Positions 50,977 through 64,000 of a stretch of DNA of 64,000 nt are shown here, piece after piece. This DNA comes from Azolla caroliniana (lineage: Eukaryota > Plantae > Polypodiophyta), in the NCBI GenBank assembly GCA_043228905.1, contig JBHGNT010000010.1:2542001-2606000 (forward strand), written 5' to 3'. The stretch's first letter is position 1; the number at the start of each line of letters is the position of its first letter. A program made the position numbers and the translations under genes. Below the pieces are notes generated by a model. That model saw nothing but the letters and a program-made list of their open reading frames with translations. It did not search any database and was not told the origin of the DNA.

Positions 50977-53900
50977 TGTAAGACCCAAGAGAAGGACAAT
51001 GACGATGAAGAAACAAGGGTTGAAGCTAATGTGTGGGAGGAAGAGGTCAAGCAAAGCATAGAGACAAAAGTTGATGCGTACAACAAAGAGTTTGAGCAAA
51101 GTATGACAAGGGATGATGATGGCCAAGCGAGCCATCAAGATCCGAAGAATGTGATCAAAACATCTAACAAAGACGCTAGTGTGAATATTTTCAACTCTAA
51201 CATGAGATTGTATCATGAAACTGGACAACGTGAGAAACATAGAGCATGGTCGTGTAAGGATGTTAAAGTGGGCATGCACTTGAAGATACTACATGGGGTA
51301 GTCAATGTCATTATTCAGATAAAGGCTTGGGGAGAAATACACAAAACAAAAATGTGCGATGGGTCAAACTGCATTGAGCAAGGAGACGATCGGGACAAAG
51401 GTGGAACATGCATAAAGCCTAAACAATTATGTTCGCAAGGAGAACAAGGGGCCATGACAACTGGTCATGGTAAATCAAAGAAAAAGCGAATGATATGGTG
51501 GATTGGGTGGCGACAATGATTCGAGTGAAAGAAATGGACATGCTCAAAATGGAGGAATCGTACAAATCACCATAGCCGAAATCTCACACTCTCTCTTCTT
51601 GGCACGTACCGAAGGACGTGTGGTTTGGTAGGGGTGGATGTCGTGAAGATTTTCAGTAATGGTGTGAAAATTGCGAGGAACATACAAAATCGAGTGTGGT
51701 TCTTCACATACGATATGAAACAATAATAGTAAAGATACTATTTTAGATTATTTTAATATCTTGGTACGAAAAGATGGATGTCTTCAAGAGCTTCCGAATG
51801 TACTTTACTACATTTGAAATGTAGTTTTGTTTTTCTTTTCTTCTTCTCAAACTTCACATTTAGTTGTCCGTTTCAAATGTAGTAAAGTACATTCGGAAGC
51901 TCTTGAAGACATCCATCTTTCCCTACCAAGATATTAAACTAAATTAAAATAGTATCTTTACTATTATTGTTTCATATCGTGTGTGAAGAACCACACTCGA
52001 TTTTGTATGTTCCTTGCAATTTTCACACCATTGCCGAAAATCTTCACGACACCGCCTCCTAGCCCGACTTGCACCTCTCTGTAATTTTCTTGTGTGGGAT
52101 TTGGAAGTGTTTAGGTGGTTACCAATAAGTTCTTGTGAGTTGTTGATTGGCACTCCACATTTTGCACTAATTTGTTGCCTTTGAATTATGAATCATGCAC
52201 CTTCATCGTCGGTTGATTTTAGTGCACCTAAACCATACACCTTTTGCGATAGATCTTTGAATGTCTGTATACAATCCTCAATAGCATCCCGGTCAAAGAA
52301 TCTTAACCCTTTCTTGAGACATTGAATAGCTTCCTCGGTAGTTTGTATTTTAGACTTCCATGATTCCCTGTTAGATCTTCTAGGGTTTGTCTCCACGACT
52401 GGTTCTCCCTCTGTCTCCACTTCTGTTTTTGTGATATCATCCATTTGCATTTGGGGTGCATGATCAATAAATGGTAATGAACCACATAAGGAGGGCATAT
52501 GTCTCTCAAAGATCACCTGAATTCCGAGTAAATGCTTACATTTACTTGCAAGGTCTTGGTAATCACAATATGAGCATTGGAGCGAGACATTATACCATAG
52601 AGTGGGTGTTATCATGCTCAATGTTCTAAACCAATATCAAGCCTCGTCCACAATATGCATTCTGTTGGTATTCGTCACATACCTTTCGAGTATCCTCTCA
52701 GCCTCTTTAACTCTTGACCTTTGATCCCTACAATTTGCATGGGCTACAAATCTACCTCTCACATAATTCTTGCCATTGTATGTACCATTCTATGATGGTC
52801 TCTCTTATGCAAGTCCCGGTTTTACTATCCCTGATTAAGACATAGACAAGATCGATAATAGAATGGTTTATTCTTCCTCCCAAGACGGTATACTTGATAA
52901 ACTACCCATGCCTCTCCACAATATTCGTAGTCTCAATATGTTCATAGTTCAATAAGCTACCAAATTTGGGCCATAGTTTCCTCCACACACAAGTCAAGCC
53001 ACACCATCCTCTTTCTATATATTTCCAAACACCGGGTTTGTCCACATATTCTACCATTAACTCCTCACACATACCATTGAACTACGATTCTGTAATGCAA
53101 TGCATGAATTGGCATATTTGTTAATAGGGATGGTTCCTCTCGGCAACACTTAAGTTTGGGCAACAAGTTGTCCACCCATGATTTTTTTGCATGGAACGGG
53201 CACAACAAAAGGCTACAATGTGTTTTCAATTGTTGCCAATTTGCAACAATCCAAGATTGATGGAATTGAGCAACCACATTAGATATGGTATTATATGATG
53301 TCCAACATTTATCAATCACAGTATTGCATTTGGCCTCACCTTGGACATTCCTTGCAAATATGATTCTCAAATATGATGCTCATGGTTTGACCCCTTATCA
53401 GAACTACAAATCATGTACCATAATGGGATCCCAATTTCCATTGCGTTTGGGGCAACAATTGCATACAATGGCAACCCGAATTGGTTTGTTTTATACATGG
53501 AGTTGATTCCCCAAGGGTCATTTTGTGACAACCACTCATAGATTTCAAACGTCCGTTGATCTTGAAGTATCAAGATATTAAATAGTTTCCTGGATGGAGA
53601 TCCATTTACACCAGGCAAGTAGGGTTGGACGTGAGTCACTTTCCCAATATCTCAAAGTGCATAGGCATCTTGCATCATCAAAGACCAATGAACCTTTGAC
53701 AATGCACTCCCAATCTTTAACGTATTTGCTATGTTATTGACCTCCTTTGGTATCATAAAGAATCTCTAACTAAAAAATTCTAATGGACTAGCCTTAGACT
53801 TGTGATGTGTTGCTTTACGTGTGCTCATCCATATCATTGCAACAACCTATGACATGTGGGTGTGCTGGCAAATGGTACACATTCGGTCAACTTCTTGAAA

Positions 53901-55589
53901 CATGACCATTGTGAGGTCCATATATTGAAATGGTCATGGTCCCATGGTCAACCTTGTCATTCCTTCTAATGTTGACATGGAAGCGACACCCACATCACGA
54001 TCAACCCTTTTGTCATCGACTGCAAGGATTCAGAACACGTTGAGGCACACCTATGCGATGATAATCATACCTAGTCACACACGCACCTTTTTGGATCCCT
54101 TTCCGAAAGCGTGTATGATACTTGGTTTGAACATCCATGAGCATGCTGTCTAACTTAAGGGATTCTACCTCAATCACTTCTAAGGGCCAAGTTTTGTTAT
54201 AATTGATGACACTTGTTCCCCCCCATGTCATTTGGTGTTTCATTTGACACCAACTAGTGCTTTTACGCATGCACTGGCAATGCCATGATCACGAAGATTA
54301 CTCAGCCAATGTTTCTTTAACTCTTGAGGAGTCGACAACAAAGAGTGATAGGATGCCCCACAATGTGAAGCCAATACTACCTCCCTCCATTTCTCTATTT
54401 AAGTTACAAGAAAAATTAGGTGATGCCTTAAGGTAGATTGTACACCTATTGCTCTCTCATTTCCCAACATGAGCCGATTCTTCATGTGCTTCCATGCATT
54501 AATATTGAGAGGTGCGCCCCTTGCGATATCACCCAATGTTTCAATTGTGACCTTAACTTGTCCCGATAATTCTAGAACCATCAAATCATATGTACCTCTT
54601 GTGAATGCAAAATACCTAGGGGAACAATCCATGAAGGGATCCACCACCTCGTCCTCCCATTTGGATGCATACGACTTGTTGACTTCCTTATATACTAATC
54701 AATCTTGAAGTGTTATACTTACATAAGATTCGTATCCAGCTTGAATCTTTATCTTCAACTTCTCCATCTATTCTTCCTTTGTAGAGTTGTATATTGCCGT
54801 CTCATGAGCCATCAATCTTAGAACGAATTTTGATTCGATGGCGCCTTGGAGTTCATTTGGAGTGGAGTGGAACTGATCCATGTTGTGAGGCCATGGGACT
54901 GCTTGTGAGTTGGGCAACTGATATTTGAACAATTAGACAGTGCAGATCGCACACGCCCTTAGCTAAGCGGCATGCACCGTCTGTGGTTGGGATTCCCTCG
55001 CCAGGCCTCTTTATTATTTTGGTGCAAATAGACACATCGTACACACACACACACACACATGTATGTACTCACCTTTTTGAAAAAGTTAGGAGAGGTGAAA
55101 CAATTGGAAGAATGAGAGGGCCTATGGAGCTCAACCCTGAGAGACACAATTCATCTGCCTTCACTTCGTCCATCAACCCTTTCCTCATGCAACATCCAAA
55201 CGCCTACGCCTTGTGTGCACATATCCCCACTTTTGCCTCTAGTCCATGTGTGTGTAGTGAGTTTTTCAATGGTATTCTTGCTTTTCCGAGTTTAATGATT
55301 AGAGTTAGTTTTGCTCTAGTTTCATGCAACACTAGTTTACTTCGAGTAAGACGTTATTGTTCTACATATTATCTGATAAAAGTGGATAGTTTTCTAGACT
55401 TGGTGTCATGTCGTGGTTTGTATCCCTCTTAGTGGGTTTTCTATGTTAAAAAGGAATCCTATACCAACTCCTCGATCTCCCCTCTATGTGTTCTATTTTG
55501 TGACTCACACGAATGTGTGAAATTCATTAGCAAATCTATCCAACCATCAAATAGGTCCTTTTGTTTTTTATCCACGTTACAAAGGAAGA

Positions 55590-57720
55590 TTGAAAAATGG
55601 CGAGGAGGGGGAAGCACTTGGCACTACTAATTGGAAACGTTAGGAGCACTATGTTGCTTGATTAGGTACAGAAGGAATATTTCGACTACTAAATGAAGGC
55701 AAACTTCTATTTCAACAATGGTACATTTGAATGACAAAGTATCACAAATGGAAAGGTCAAATGAAATATTTACTTATTGTGAAAAAACTACATTTGCCTA
55801 TGTTTGTAGCTAAATAAACGATTAGGCATTTGATGTGTTTAAATAATTTCATGTTTATGCTGAAGACACCTCCAAAATTCTAGATCTCAAATGCAATTGG
55901 AGTCTCTCATGTCCTTTTGGGTTGAGGCTTTGAATAACATTACACATGTTAATAACCTATCCCCTACTTTTGCCTTGCAAAGTGACGTTTCTTATGATCA
56001 TTTACATGTGTCTTGCGCACATACCTAAAGACGAAAGGTCTAAGTTACATGCTAAGTCTAAACAATGTGTTTGTCTAAGATGAGTTTGGTTTTAGATGTT
56101 ATGACCAAATAACAAAGAATCTTATTAGGAGTTGTGATGTAGTATTTATTGATGATCAAATCATTGAAGATATTGATAACATAAAAATGCCAAACCCCTT
56201 AATATATCGTGATTTAATTGATTTTGAAATAATTATTATGGTTGATGATGTTATATACAGAGATACTTCTCAACAAGAGGAAGAACTTGAGGATGTTAGT
56301 GTGCCAATTTTAATTTAGATGATAACGTTTATGCTAATCAAGATGCTAATCAGTGTCTTGAGCAAGGGATAAAGAGACCATTGATCAACAACCTAGGAGG
56401 GTTATTAGAGGACAACAACCATTTGTGAAGTGACCTATTTCTGATTACATATTACTTGTTGAAGAGAGGGAGCTAGAGAGGTTTTATGATATGCAAATCC
56501 AAAACTATAAAGATGATTGGATAAAAGTTATGCATGATGAAACGAGTTCCTTGAGAAAGAATTATTGCTTTAAGTTAGTTGAACTTTATAAGGGAAGAAT
56601 AAGTGGGTATTCAAGTTGAGAAGTGATGATGACAAACAAAACATAAAGCTTGATTGATTGAAAAAAGGTTTCATTCAAAAGAAAGACACTAATGACTTTG
56701 ACGAAAATTTATCACGGGTTTGTGAAATTGAGGTTTTACAACTAGGTTGAAACTTAAACTTTCGCATGTAGTGTTAAAGGAAGAGATTTACATGGAACAC
56801 TTTTCACATGTAGTTGTTTGATGTAAATACCATTTTCGCATGTAGTGTTAAAGGAAGAGGTTTGCATGCAACACCTAGAGGGTTTTGAGGAGAAAGAGAA
56901 AGGGTACTTTATTTTTAAGCTACAAGAGTCTCTTTTGCTAGAATCACAACGACAATGGTCTAAAATGTTTTACTCATTTATGGTGCTCAAAACTATCAAA
57001 TGATTATTGCATCATATCATTGTATATATGTTATACATTTTCCTAGATGTAAGTTTAATATTCTTTAATCATATGTTGACATTATGATAATTGTTGGCCA
57101 AATGTGAATGTGATCCACAAGTTGAAATTGGACTTATCTCTATCTTTTGATTGAAAGACTTAAGACATGCTAATCATTTGTAACACGAAATGTGGAGCTT
57201 TAACATGCAATGTGAAAATTTGATAAGTAATATCTTGCTATTACTTTAAATTATGCAAGAGACTTTGTCCAATTATTTCTTGGTGGTTGCTTTCCTATGT
57301 ATGTAATGGTTAGTACATGCCCATACATGTTCATGTTGTTAGTGTTGCGCGAAGATATCTTTCTAATGTTTGTAAGCTTTATTGGGATATTGTGAAAAGG
57401 ATTTTCAGCGATATTTGAGAGGTACTTCTAGATTGTGCTTGTTTTTTGAAGGTTCTAAACCAATTCTTGAAGTTTTTACAAACACAAACCTAGCGTTGGA
57501 TCTTGATGGTAGAAAATCTACTTCAACGTTCCTTTTTACTTTTGCAAAGGGAGTCATATCATGATTCATGGTAGTCCAAGTTGCAAAAGTGTGTCCTTTT
57601 GTGTACCATTGAAGTAGAGTATATTGTCGCAATTGAAACTAACAAACAAATGCTTTGAATAAAAAGGTTTCTTTTGGAATTAAGTTTGAACCAACTAAAT
57701 TATGTCTTTGAGCTAGAACT
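55590..57720 (+). mobile_element. Old, heavily decayed Copia relic
   Basis: HIPKDERSKLHAKSKQCV (integrase, ~56020), KWVFKLR (RT, ~56600), FQRYLRGTSRLCL..DLDGRKSTS (RT/RNase H, 57382-57564). Confidence 0.8.
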
Positions 57721-59637
57721 CATATATGAAATTAATTGGAAAATTACTAGAAAATCACATCATTTCTGTATTTTTGCATCAAAATTTTTTATCCTAATTT
57801 TGTTCCCAATATCAAAGGCATGCTCAATGCTCCACTAATCAATGTTTTGGCGAATGAGGGTACTTTTTTTGTCATAATGTATGTTTTCATCACCTTTAGA
57901 AGAATAGAAAGAAAAACAATTTGAAATTTGGGGCATATGATGCACAACAATAAGTGTTTGGTGTGTTGGAAGGAAAGAAGAAAAAGATATTAAGAAATTT
58001 ATCACATGCCTTATTGTTTGGTATACTTTTCACCCTACCAAACTACCTTGGCCCACCCCACTAGAGATCACAGGTCATATTTCAGAAACCTACAAGTCCA
58101 CTTTTCATAAACACAATGTGAAGGGTAATTTTGAAACCCAAATATTCACATTCACAATACTCAATGGAACTCAGACATGCTTATTTGGAGCAAAGTATGA
58201 GCAACCAACTCATTACCTATAAGCCTAACAATTCTCACTATACATGTTTGAATCCAATCTCATTGCGACTGAACCCAAACATACAAATATTGACAAAAAT
58301 GACATTAGGCAACTGGATATACGAGGCCATATCATTCAATACTATTTGTTGTGGAACACTTTATTAACATCTATCTAGCCCATACATTTGAACACATCTC
58401 ATTGACACGTTTCTCTTTGTCACTTTGCTGCAGTATTACATCCTAACCAACAACGCTACTGTCCCACTTCTTCAAGCTACAAACTAAAGGAGAAAATGGG
58501 AGAATCACCTTTATATATATATAATTTAAGAGACTTTATACAATCCAGCCAGTGATGGCTTATAGATTCATGAATTTCTGCATCAAAATCAAATATATAA
58601 ACAAAATCTTGCAACCTCTGCTTTGCAGCCAACAATGGCATAGCATTTAAGAGGCAATGCTAACAATAATGATAAAAGTGCTAGATTACAAGTATCTCAA
58701 TGTAGGCCTCGATAAAGAACAAGGAATCTCCATGCAAGAAAGACTTGAATACAAGTTTAGATTACATGATTGGATTACAAGAACAGAACCTATTGAGGGT
58801 GACCTTGCTTGCAAGCATCACTATGATACCTTAACATTAAACATGGTGACAAGAAGTTTGCAGAGCTTGCTGTCCAACCATTGAGCATTTTAGAACACCA
58901 ATGATGCAACTTTCTAGTGCCTAGAAATGACATCATCATTCCATAAGATTGCAGCAAGATTCCAAAATTAGCTCACATACCATTATACTAGATAGAAACT
59001 TGTCAACAAGCTAGAGATTTAGAAACTTTTGAGATCCTCCATGCTAAGGATTTCCCATGTTTGTTCCCAGTCAAGGCCTTCATAATTCAATTTTGCCTCG
59101 TGAAAGGAGAAATTTCTCTTTGAATATTAGAATGCTTGTTATAACAACAAATAAGCATTTCTCTTCGAATTTCTCTTTTACAACAAATAAGCATCTTGAG
59201 GGTAAGCTTGGTGTAACAAACTTGTCCGTTATAGGAGATTCTTGGGAAATAATCAAGAATCCAGGTTGGACACTATGAATGGAGAAGATAGAGAGTGATA
59301 AGTAGCTCCATTTCTGAAAGTTCTGATGTGGGAGTGTACTAGGAACTTCATTCACCACAGCTCAATGATGTGTCTGAATCCATATATACATATGAATACA
59401 CACCTGTTGCATGTAAGGAAGAACATTTAACTCCTTTCATCCCCAAATTAATGGAACGTTTTCCCAACCATGGGTTCCCCCAACTTGATGACGCTATAAT
59501 TTTGCCCAAATGGGGACCCCTCTCTATCAAGCACTCAGTGTAGAATCATCCTGTGTGGCCGGACTTCTGTCATTACTGTCCTTAGTAGGAGGACTTTCAT
59601 CCCCAACATTCTCTTTACTCCTTCTGAAATATCTTAA

Positions 59638-62600
59638 CTAAGGAGATGGTGGTAGCCAAAAAGGCAAGCCTGAACTCAATATATCACTAGCCCCAAAATC
59701 TTGCAGAAAACTCGAGTCATGAATCGATAAGCCATGCTCATCACCCATCGATGTGCGGCTTTGCAACATTCCATCATCAATCAAACTATCTTGGTTCATT
59801 GACAGGTTTGCACCCAGATTCATCATCATCCCATTCTCAGTATTTGTCATAAAGCTCTGACTCACAAAACCATCACTGAAGCTGCTACTGGCTCCTCCTA
59901 TATTTCCACCACTATCATTATCACTTGCCAAAACATCATTTAAAGTTGAATTTACTATCCCATCTGCTTTAGCTGTAGCGTGTCCTGGCCCAAGAGCCAT
60001 TGTTCCATTCAATACTGAATTCGTTTTGACAACTGATGTTCCACCAAGAACTTGATGAGTAGACCCACCACTCTTCAACTGAGGTGGAAGTGCCATTTCC
60101 TGTATCCGGACATGTCCAACATCGGAACCCTCATTCGTATTGTTAATCTGTAGTGGGAACTGACCTGAGGATTGATGTGGCAAAGTCACAGGAGAACTCA
60201 AAGTGTTCTGCTGAGCCATTGGAGAGAATTTACTAGTAGGTGAGGATTGGCCTCCAACAATCATCGATGAGCGTCGATGTCGCAAAGAACTGAAGGAGGG
60301 CTGCTGCAAAGAGAGAAGAGAGTTGGGAACAAGAGAGTTGGAAGTGTTCACCTCATCACTGATCAAACTATTTGGAAGTGTAACTTGTAGAGAGGGCAAT
60401 GACTTTTGATGAAGTATTGGTAGGGCATCCAGTGAGGTTGGCAGTTGAGGCATAGCATTTATTGATCCACTCAAGGTGGGAGGGGTCGAGGCATGTGGAG
60501 ATGTCAAGACAATGTTGTTCCGGCTATTGGTAGGGCTAGTGATGTTGACCCCCACATCATTTGTGGTCAGCTCAGTTGGGGTACTATGGAGGCCCACTTG
60601 ACTGCCATGGCCACCAACATTTAAAGTTCGTCTAGGGAATTTTTGTAGACTTTCTGCAAGCATTAGAAAACTTTAGTATGAGCTCCAAGTATTATGGTAA
60701 AACATAATTGGTGGATTTAAAAGCAGCTCAAAATCTTCTTTAGTTTCATGATGCATAGCAAATAAGGAACTTCTGTAACTTCTATACCTAGTTGGATTAT
60801 CTCATTTTAAAAAGTAAAATGCAGACCATGGTATTAATATCGTCATTCAAGCTGGTTAACCATTAAATTGGCAAGCTTTCAGAAATCTACAACATGAATG
60901 AGGTTAGATCGTCTAATTATGGCTTTATTCTGAACTCCACTTCCGGGCAGATTGGAAAACAGAAAAGGGGGAATGAAAGCAGGTCAAACTCTCCATCTGT
61001 CGTGAATCATGACAAATGGGGACCTTCAGCAAAATCCAGATTCTCACAAATCGAAAATAAGGCACAAATCATAGTAAATCATAGTAGGACCACAATCGTT
61101 TTCAAGCTGGTTAGGTCACTGAATTTGCAAACAATCAAATATCCACTGACCACGATATGAATGAGTTCATTTTGTCTAATTCTAATTATAGACTGAGCTC
61201 CAAGTGTTGAAAACGGAGAGTAACTTAAATGCAGCCCAAACTATTCATGATTCATCATCAATATGGAACTTCTGCTACTGCAAGATTCATATATAGTTTA
61301 TCTTAATTTGAACATGAAATGCTAACCGTAGCATCAACATCATCCTTAAAGCACGTTAGCCATTGCATTTGCAAGCAATCACAATAGTATCCTAAGCCTA
61401 CATATGAGCATGGCAGAATATATTAACATATTCACAGAGTTTTCTTCACATTTCTAGATCTAATCACCATCATGATCACATTGCACACAAGCAATCAGAA
61501 ATCCTCAAGAGTGACTCTGTTTTGTCTAGTTCTGGCCCAAATCACTCCAGAATATATTAACATATTCCACACAGCCTAGATCTATATAACCATCATAAAG
61601 ACTGATGCAAAAATCAATTACGTGGATAAAGTGAGCATACCTATTGGTCCAGTTCTATTTTCCCTGCTGAAATCGATCAAGTCTTTCATGCTATTTACAA
61701 CTTCGGAGATCTGTTTGCATACATGGGTCCCATCAAGTAGAATCAAGGGAAGCTAAATAGTGAGCTCACTGCTCGTATCACTGGAGTGGACATAATACCT
61801 GGAGACAGCGTACATAACGTTTTGTGTAGCCAAGATCATTTACTGTGGGTGCCTCTAAGGTTCTTGTAAGATTTCTAGTTGTTCCAACAAACCTGGAAAG
61901 GAAGAAAGAGAAAATAAAAGGATTGTCATTCTTTCTCCTTTGTTCCTCTATAAATCATCCATATTGAACCAAATTATAGTCCATTCATAACAGGATTTAT
62001 GTGTGCAAATACATCTCTGACATTGTAAATAGAATGTCTATGGTCCTAATAACTTACAATTGGCAAGTTGTTTGAAGATCCTGCATGGAAAGTCCAGATG
62101 CTCCGTTTTGATTTTGATTGACTGCATTTTGGTACTTTTGAGTAATCGCAGCTAGCTGTGTGACCTGTAATACCAAATTACTCATTAGAAACATACAAAA
62201 ACCTCCGGTATTTTTAGTGGCGTACGTATATTTATTGTGGTTTATTTTTTCAAAGATGAAAATGTTTTAGTAACTACATGATTTGTTTTTTCAAGAGAGA
62301 GACACTCCTTAAGGAGTATTAGCAATGTACTTATATTTATTTTGGTTTTTTTTCTCAAAAATGAGACAATAGTTTCAGATACAATCTATCATATGGTGTC
62401 ATACAGCATTTTGGCCTCTTCAGAGACGTTAATCAACATAAAAACACAGGCACGCACGCACAAGGGCAAATACATACAAAGGAAAATACACCCATCTTGG
62501 TAAAAATCCCCTGTACTCGGAAGCAAACGAACCTGCGATGTGACCTGATCTCACAACTAACAACATGAACGCACACATCATATGTACGTATATATACATA

Positions 62601-63556
62601 CGACCGCCCATATATATATGTATTATGTATACGTTGTATATACATATATACATATACACACGATCCTGTTTAATGGAGATGCAAAATCCAATTTTCTAAC
62701 ATCTGACACAACAGCCATTGGACAACAATAAAAAATCAACGTGTTAACCAATACACTAACAATAGAAATGCTGACGATATATCGTATTTGTATACATATA
62801 CACACAACCCTGTTTAATGGAGATGCAGAATCCAAATTTCCAACAGCTGACGCAACAGCCATTAGACAACAATAAAATATTCAACGTGGTGGCCAATACA
62901 CTAACAATTGAAATGCTGAAGACATCGTTGTTCAACAGACAAGAATAAAACAGAAAGCAACATGACTAAATGTAAGATTCAAAAATGTCATGAGGCGAGA
63001 AAAGGAGGAACCTGTGGAACAAGCAGTCTCCGAGGTAAAAGCTCCTCATGACCCCGTGCACAAAACTCCCATAAAAGAACCTGCAATTGAAAAATGAGAA
63101 AGTCAAGGAAAAATGTCTCAACAAAATGAGAGCTCAAAAAAAGTAGTAATAGCTGAACATTGTGGATACGCACACACGTGTATGTGGGTGTGTACATAAT
63201 ACAAACCTTGAGTTCTGGAGAGAAGATAATTCGGAGCTGACCTTCCCTAACAACTCGAAGATGTTCAAAGATGCTTTCTTGGATAGCTTTGCCATACTCC
63301 AGCACCATAACACCTGAGCTCAGCTGATATTCATTTGAAATATCAACGAACAGAAGCTCATCCACGATCCCACTGTCATACTTTATCTTGCATAACCGCG
63401 GAAGCACTTCCACGGTAGTTTCTGTCCCATATAAATATCATATACTGATATGAGAACACAAATGGACACACAAAAGTATTCATTAATCAATGCCTATGAA
63501 ACTTACCGAAACCTCTACCTGGCCTTGCACCACAGATCTCACAATGCCAAACGTCC
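59638..63556 (-). CDS. SEU: SEUSS / SEUSS-LIKE transcriptional co-regulator (LIM-domain-binding domain), 3' part; 5' exons lie beyond the window
   Basis: Exons encode DVWHCEICGARPGRGF (~63506-63556), ETTVEVLPRLCKIKYDSGIVDELLFVD...FEHLRVVREGQLRIIFSPELK, VLLWEFCARGHEELLPRR, VTQLAAITQKYQ, LEAPTVNDLGYTKRYVRCLQ, ISEVVNSMKDLIDFSRE..TGPI and a long low-complexity last exon (59638-~60653). Confidence 0.92.
62640..62925. repeat. Intronic tandem duplication, 144-bp period, 2 copies
   Basis: TAATGGAGATGCA..CAACAGCCATT..CAATACACTAACAAT recurs at 62671 and 62815. Confidence 0.85.
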
Positions 63557-63603
63557 TGAAAGCATCCAATTTTGATAAGTTATTATGTATCAACGAGAGA
63601 GCG

Positions 63604-63646
<43 letters not shown>

Positions 63647-64000
63647 TTTTCACGTTAGTGGGAGACCAATTGCAATCTATTGGATGAGAGAGAGAGAGAG
63701 AGAGATTGAGATTTCAGATAACAAGCTTCCCAAGTTTCTGTAAGAATGCAGATGGGCTCCTAAAATTGGACCAAGCGTATAGACTTCAGGAAGCCAAACT
63801 GACCCAATGCAAAGGACCCTGCATTATTATCATGCATATTTTGGTTCTTTTTTTTCTATTCCTCTTTGTGCAACTTCTTCATTTCTGAACTACCCCATTC
63901 ATTATAAGTTATTACAAGGAAACTACCAGCACGCCACTATATCCCAAGCATGTTTAAGACAAGATGCATATATCCCTTCCGCCTCAAACCCATAAAGACA

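Larger units (their letters stand above)
47457..52051. mobile_element. Rearranged Gypsy-like insertion of the tRNA-Trp family: inverted LTR 3' end, integrase tail, full LTR, gag plus repeats, partial LTR, inverted LTR 5' end
   Basis: 47457-47684 is the reverse complement of the LTR end. 47685-48027 is an integrase C-terminus (GDWVLVYD..KFTRRWFGPYVV). LTR 48100-49194; LTR start 51639-51819; inverted LTR start 51820-52051. Flanks TCGT / CCGC are compatible with a C>T-decayed 4-bp TSD. Confidence 0.85.
46720..55035 (-). mobile_element. Decayed Mutator-like (MULE) DNA transposon, interrupted at 47457-52051
   Basis: Degenerate TIRs longer than 100 bp (~46730-46845 and ~54920-55025: ATAAAGAGG..GAGGGAATC..AGGGCG..TGCAC). 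Transposase remnants NSMYKTNQFGLPLYAIV, LLCPFHAKKSW and a SWIM-like CSYCDY..KCKHLLG. Exact ends and TSD not resolved. Confidence 0.75.

Overview
This is land-plant nuclear DNA: GT-AG spliced genes interspersed with heavily decayed transposons. The gene and TE complement suggests a non-seed plant such as a fern, but that is an inference. About 1-16 kb is a retroelement nest. A LINE remnant carries Copia element A (minus strand), which is interrupted by a complete gag-only LTR element (4-bp TSD, tRNA-Trp PBS) and by Copia element B. Copia B in turn carries a folded-back copy of its own family next to an N-gap. From 16 to 46 kb lie five host genes reconstructed exon by exon: NOP14 (5' exons absent), a two-RRM RNA-binding protein, organellar ribosomal protein L19 (missed by the ORF track), a PAP14/28/29-type metallophosphoesterase (one GC-AG intron) and a PRXL2/FAM213-type CxxC redox protein. 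hAT-type MITEs and minisatellites are scattered among them. From 46.7 to 55 kb is a decayed Mutator-like element split by a rearranged member of the same tRNA-Trp Gypsy-like family. It is followed by a Copia relic and the 3' part of a SEUSS-family gene. Two signals stand out. First, the gag-only LTR family replaces pol with an array of a conserved ~80-bp motif and shares a pre-PPT hairpin. Second, two unrelated LTR families show the same fold-back geometry, creating long inverted repeats.
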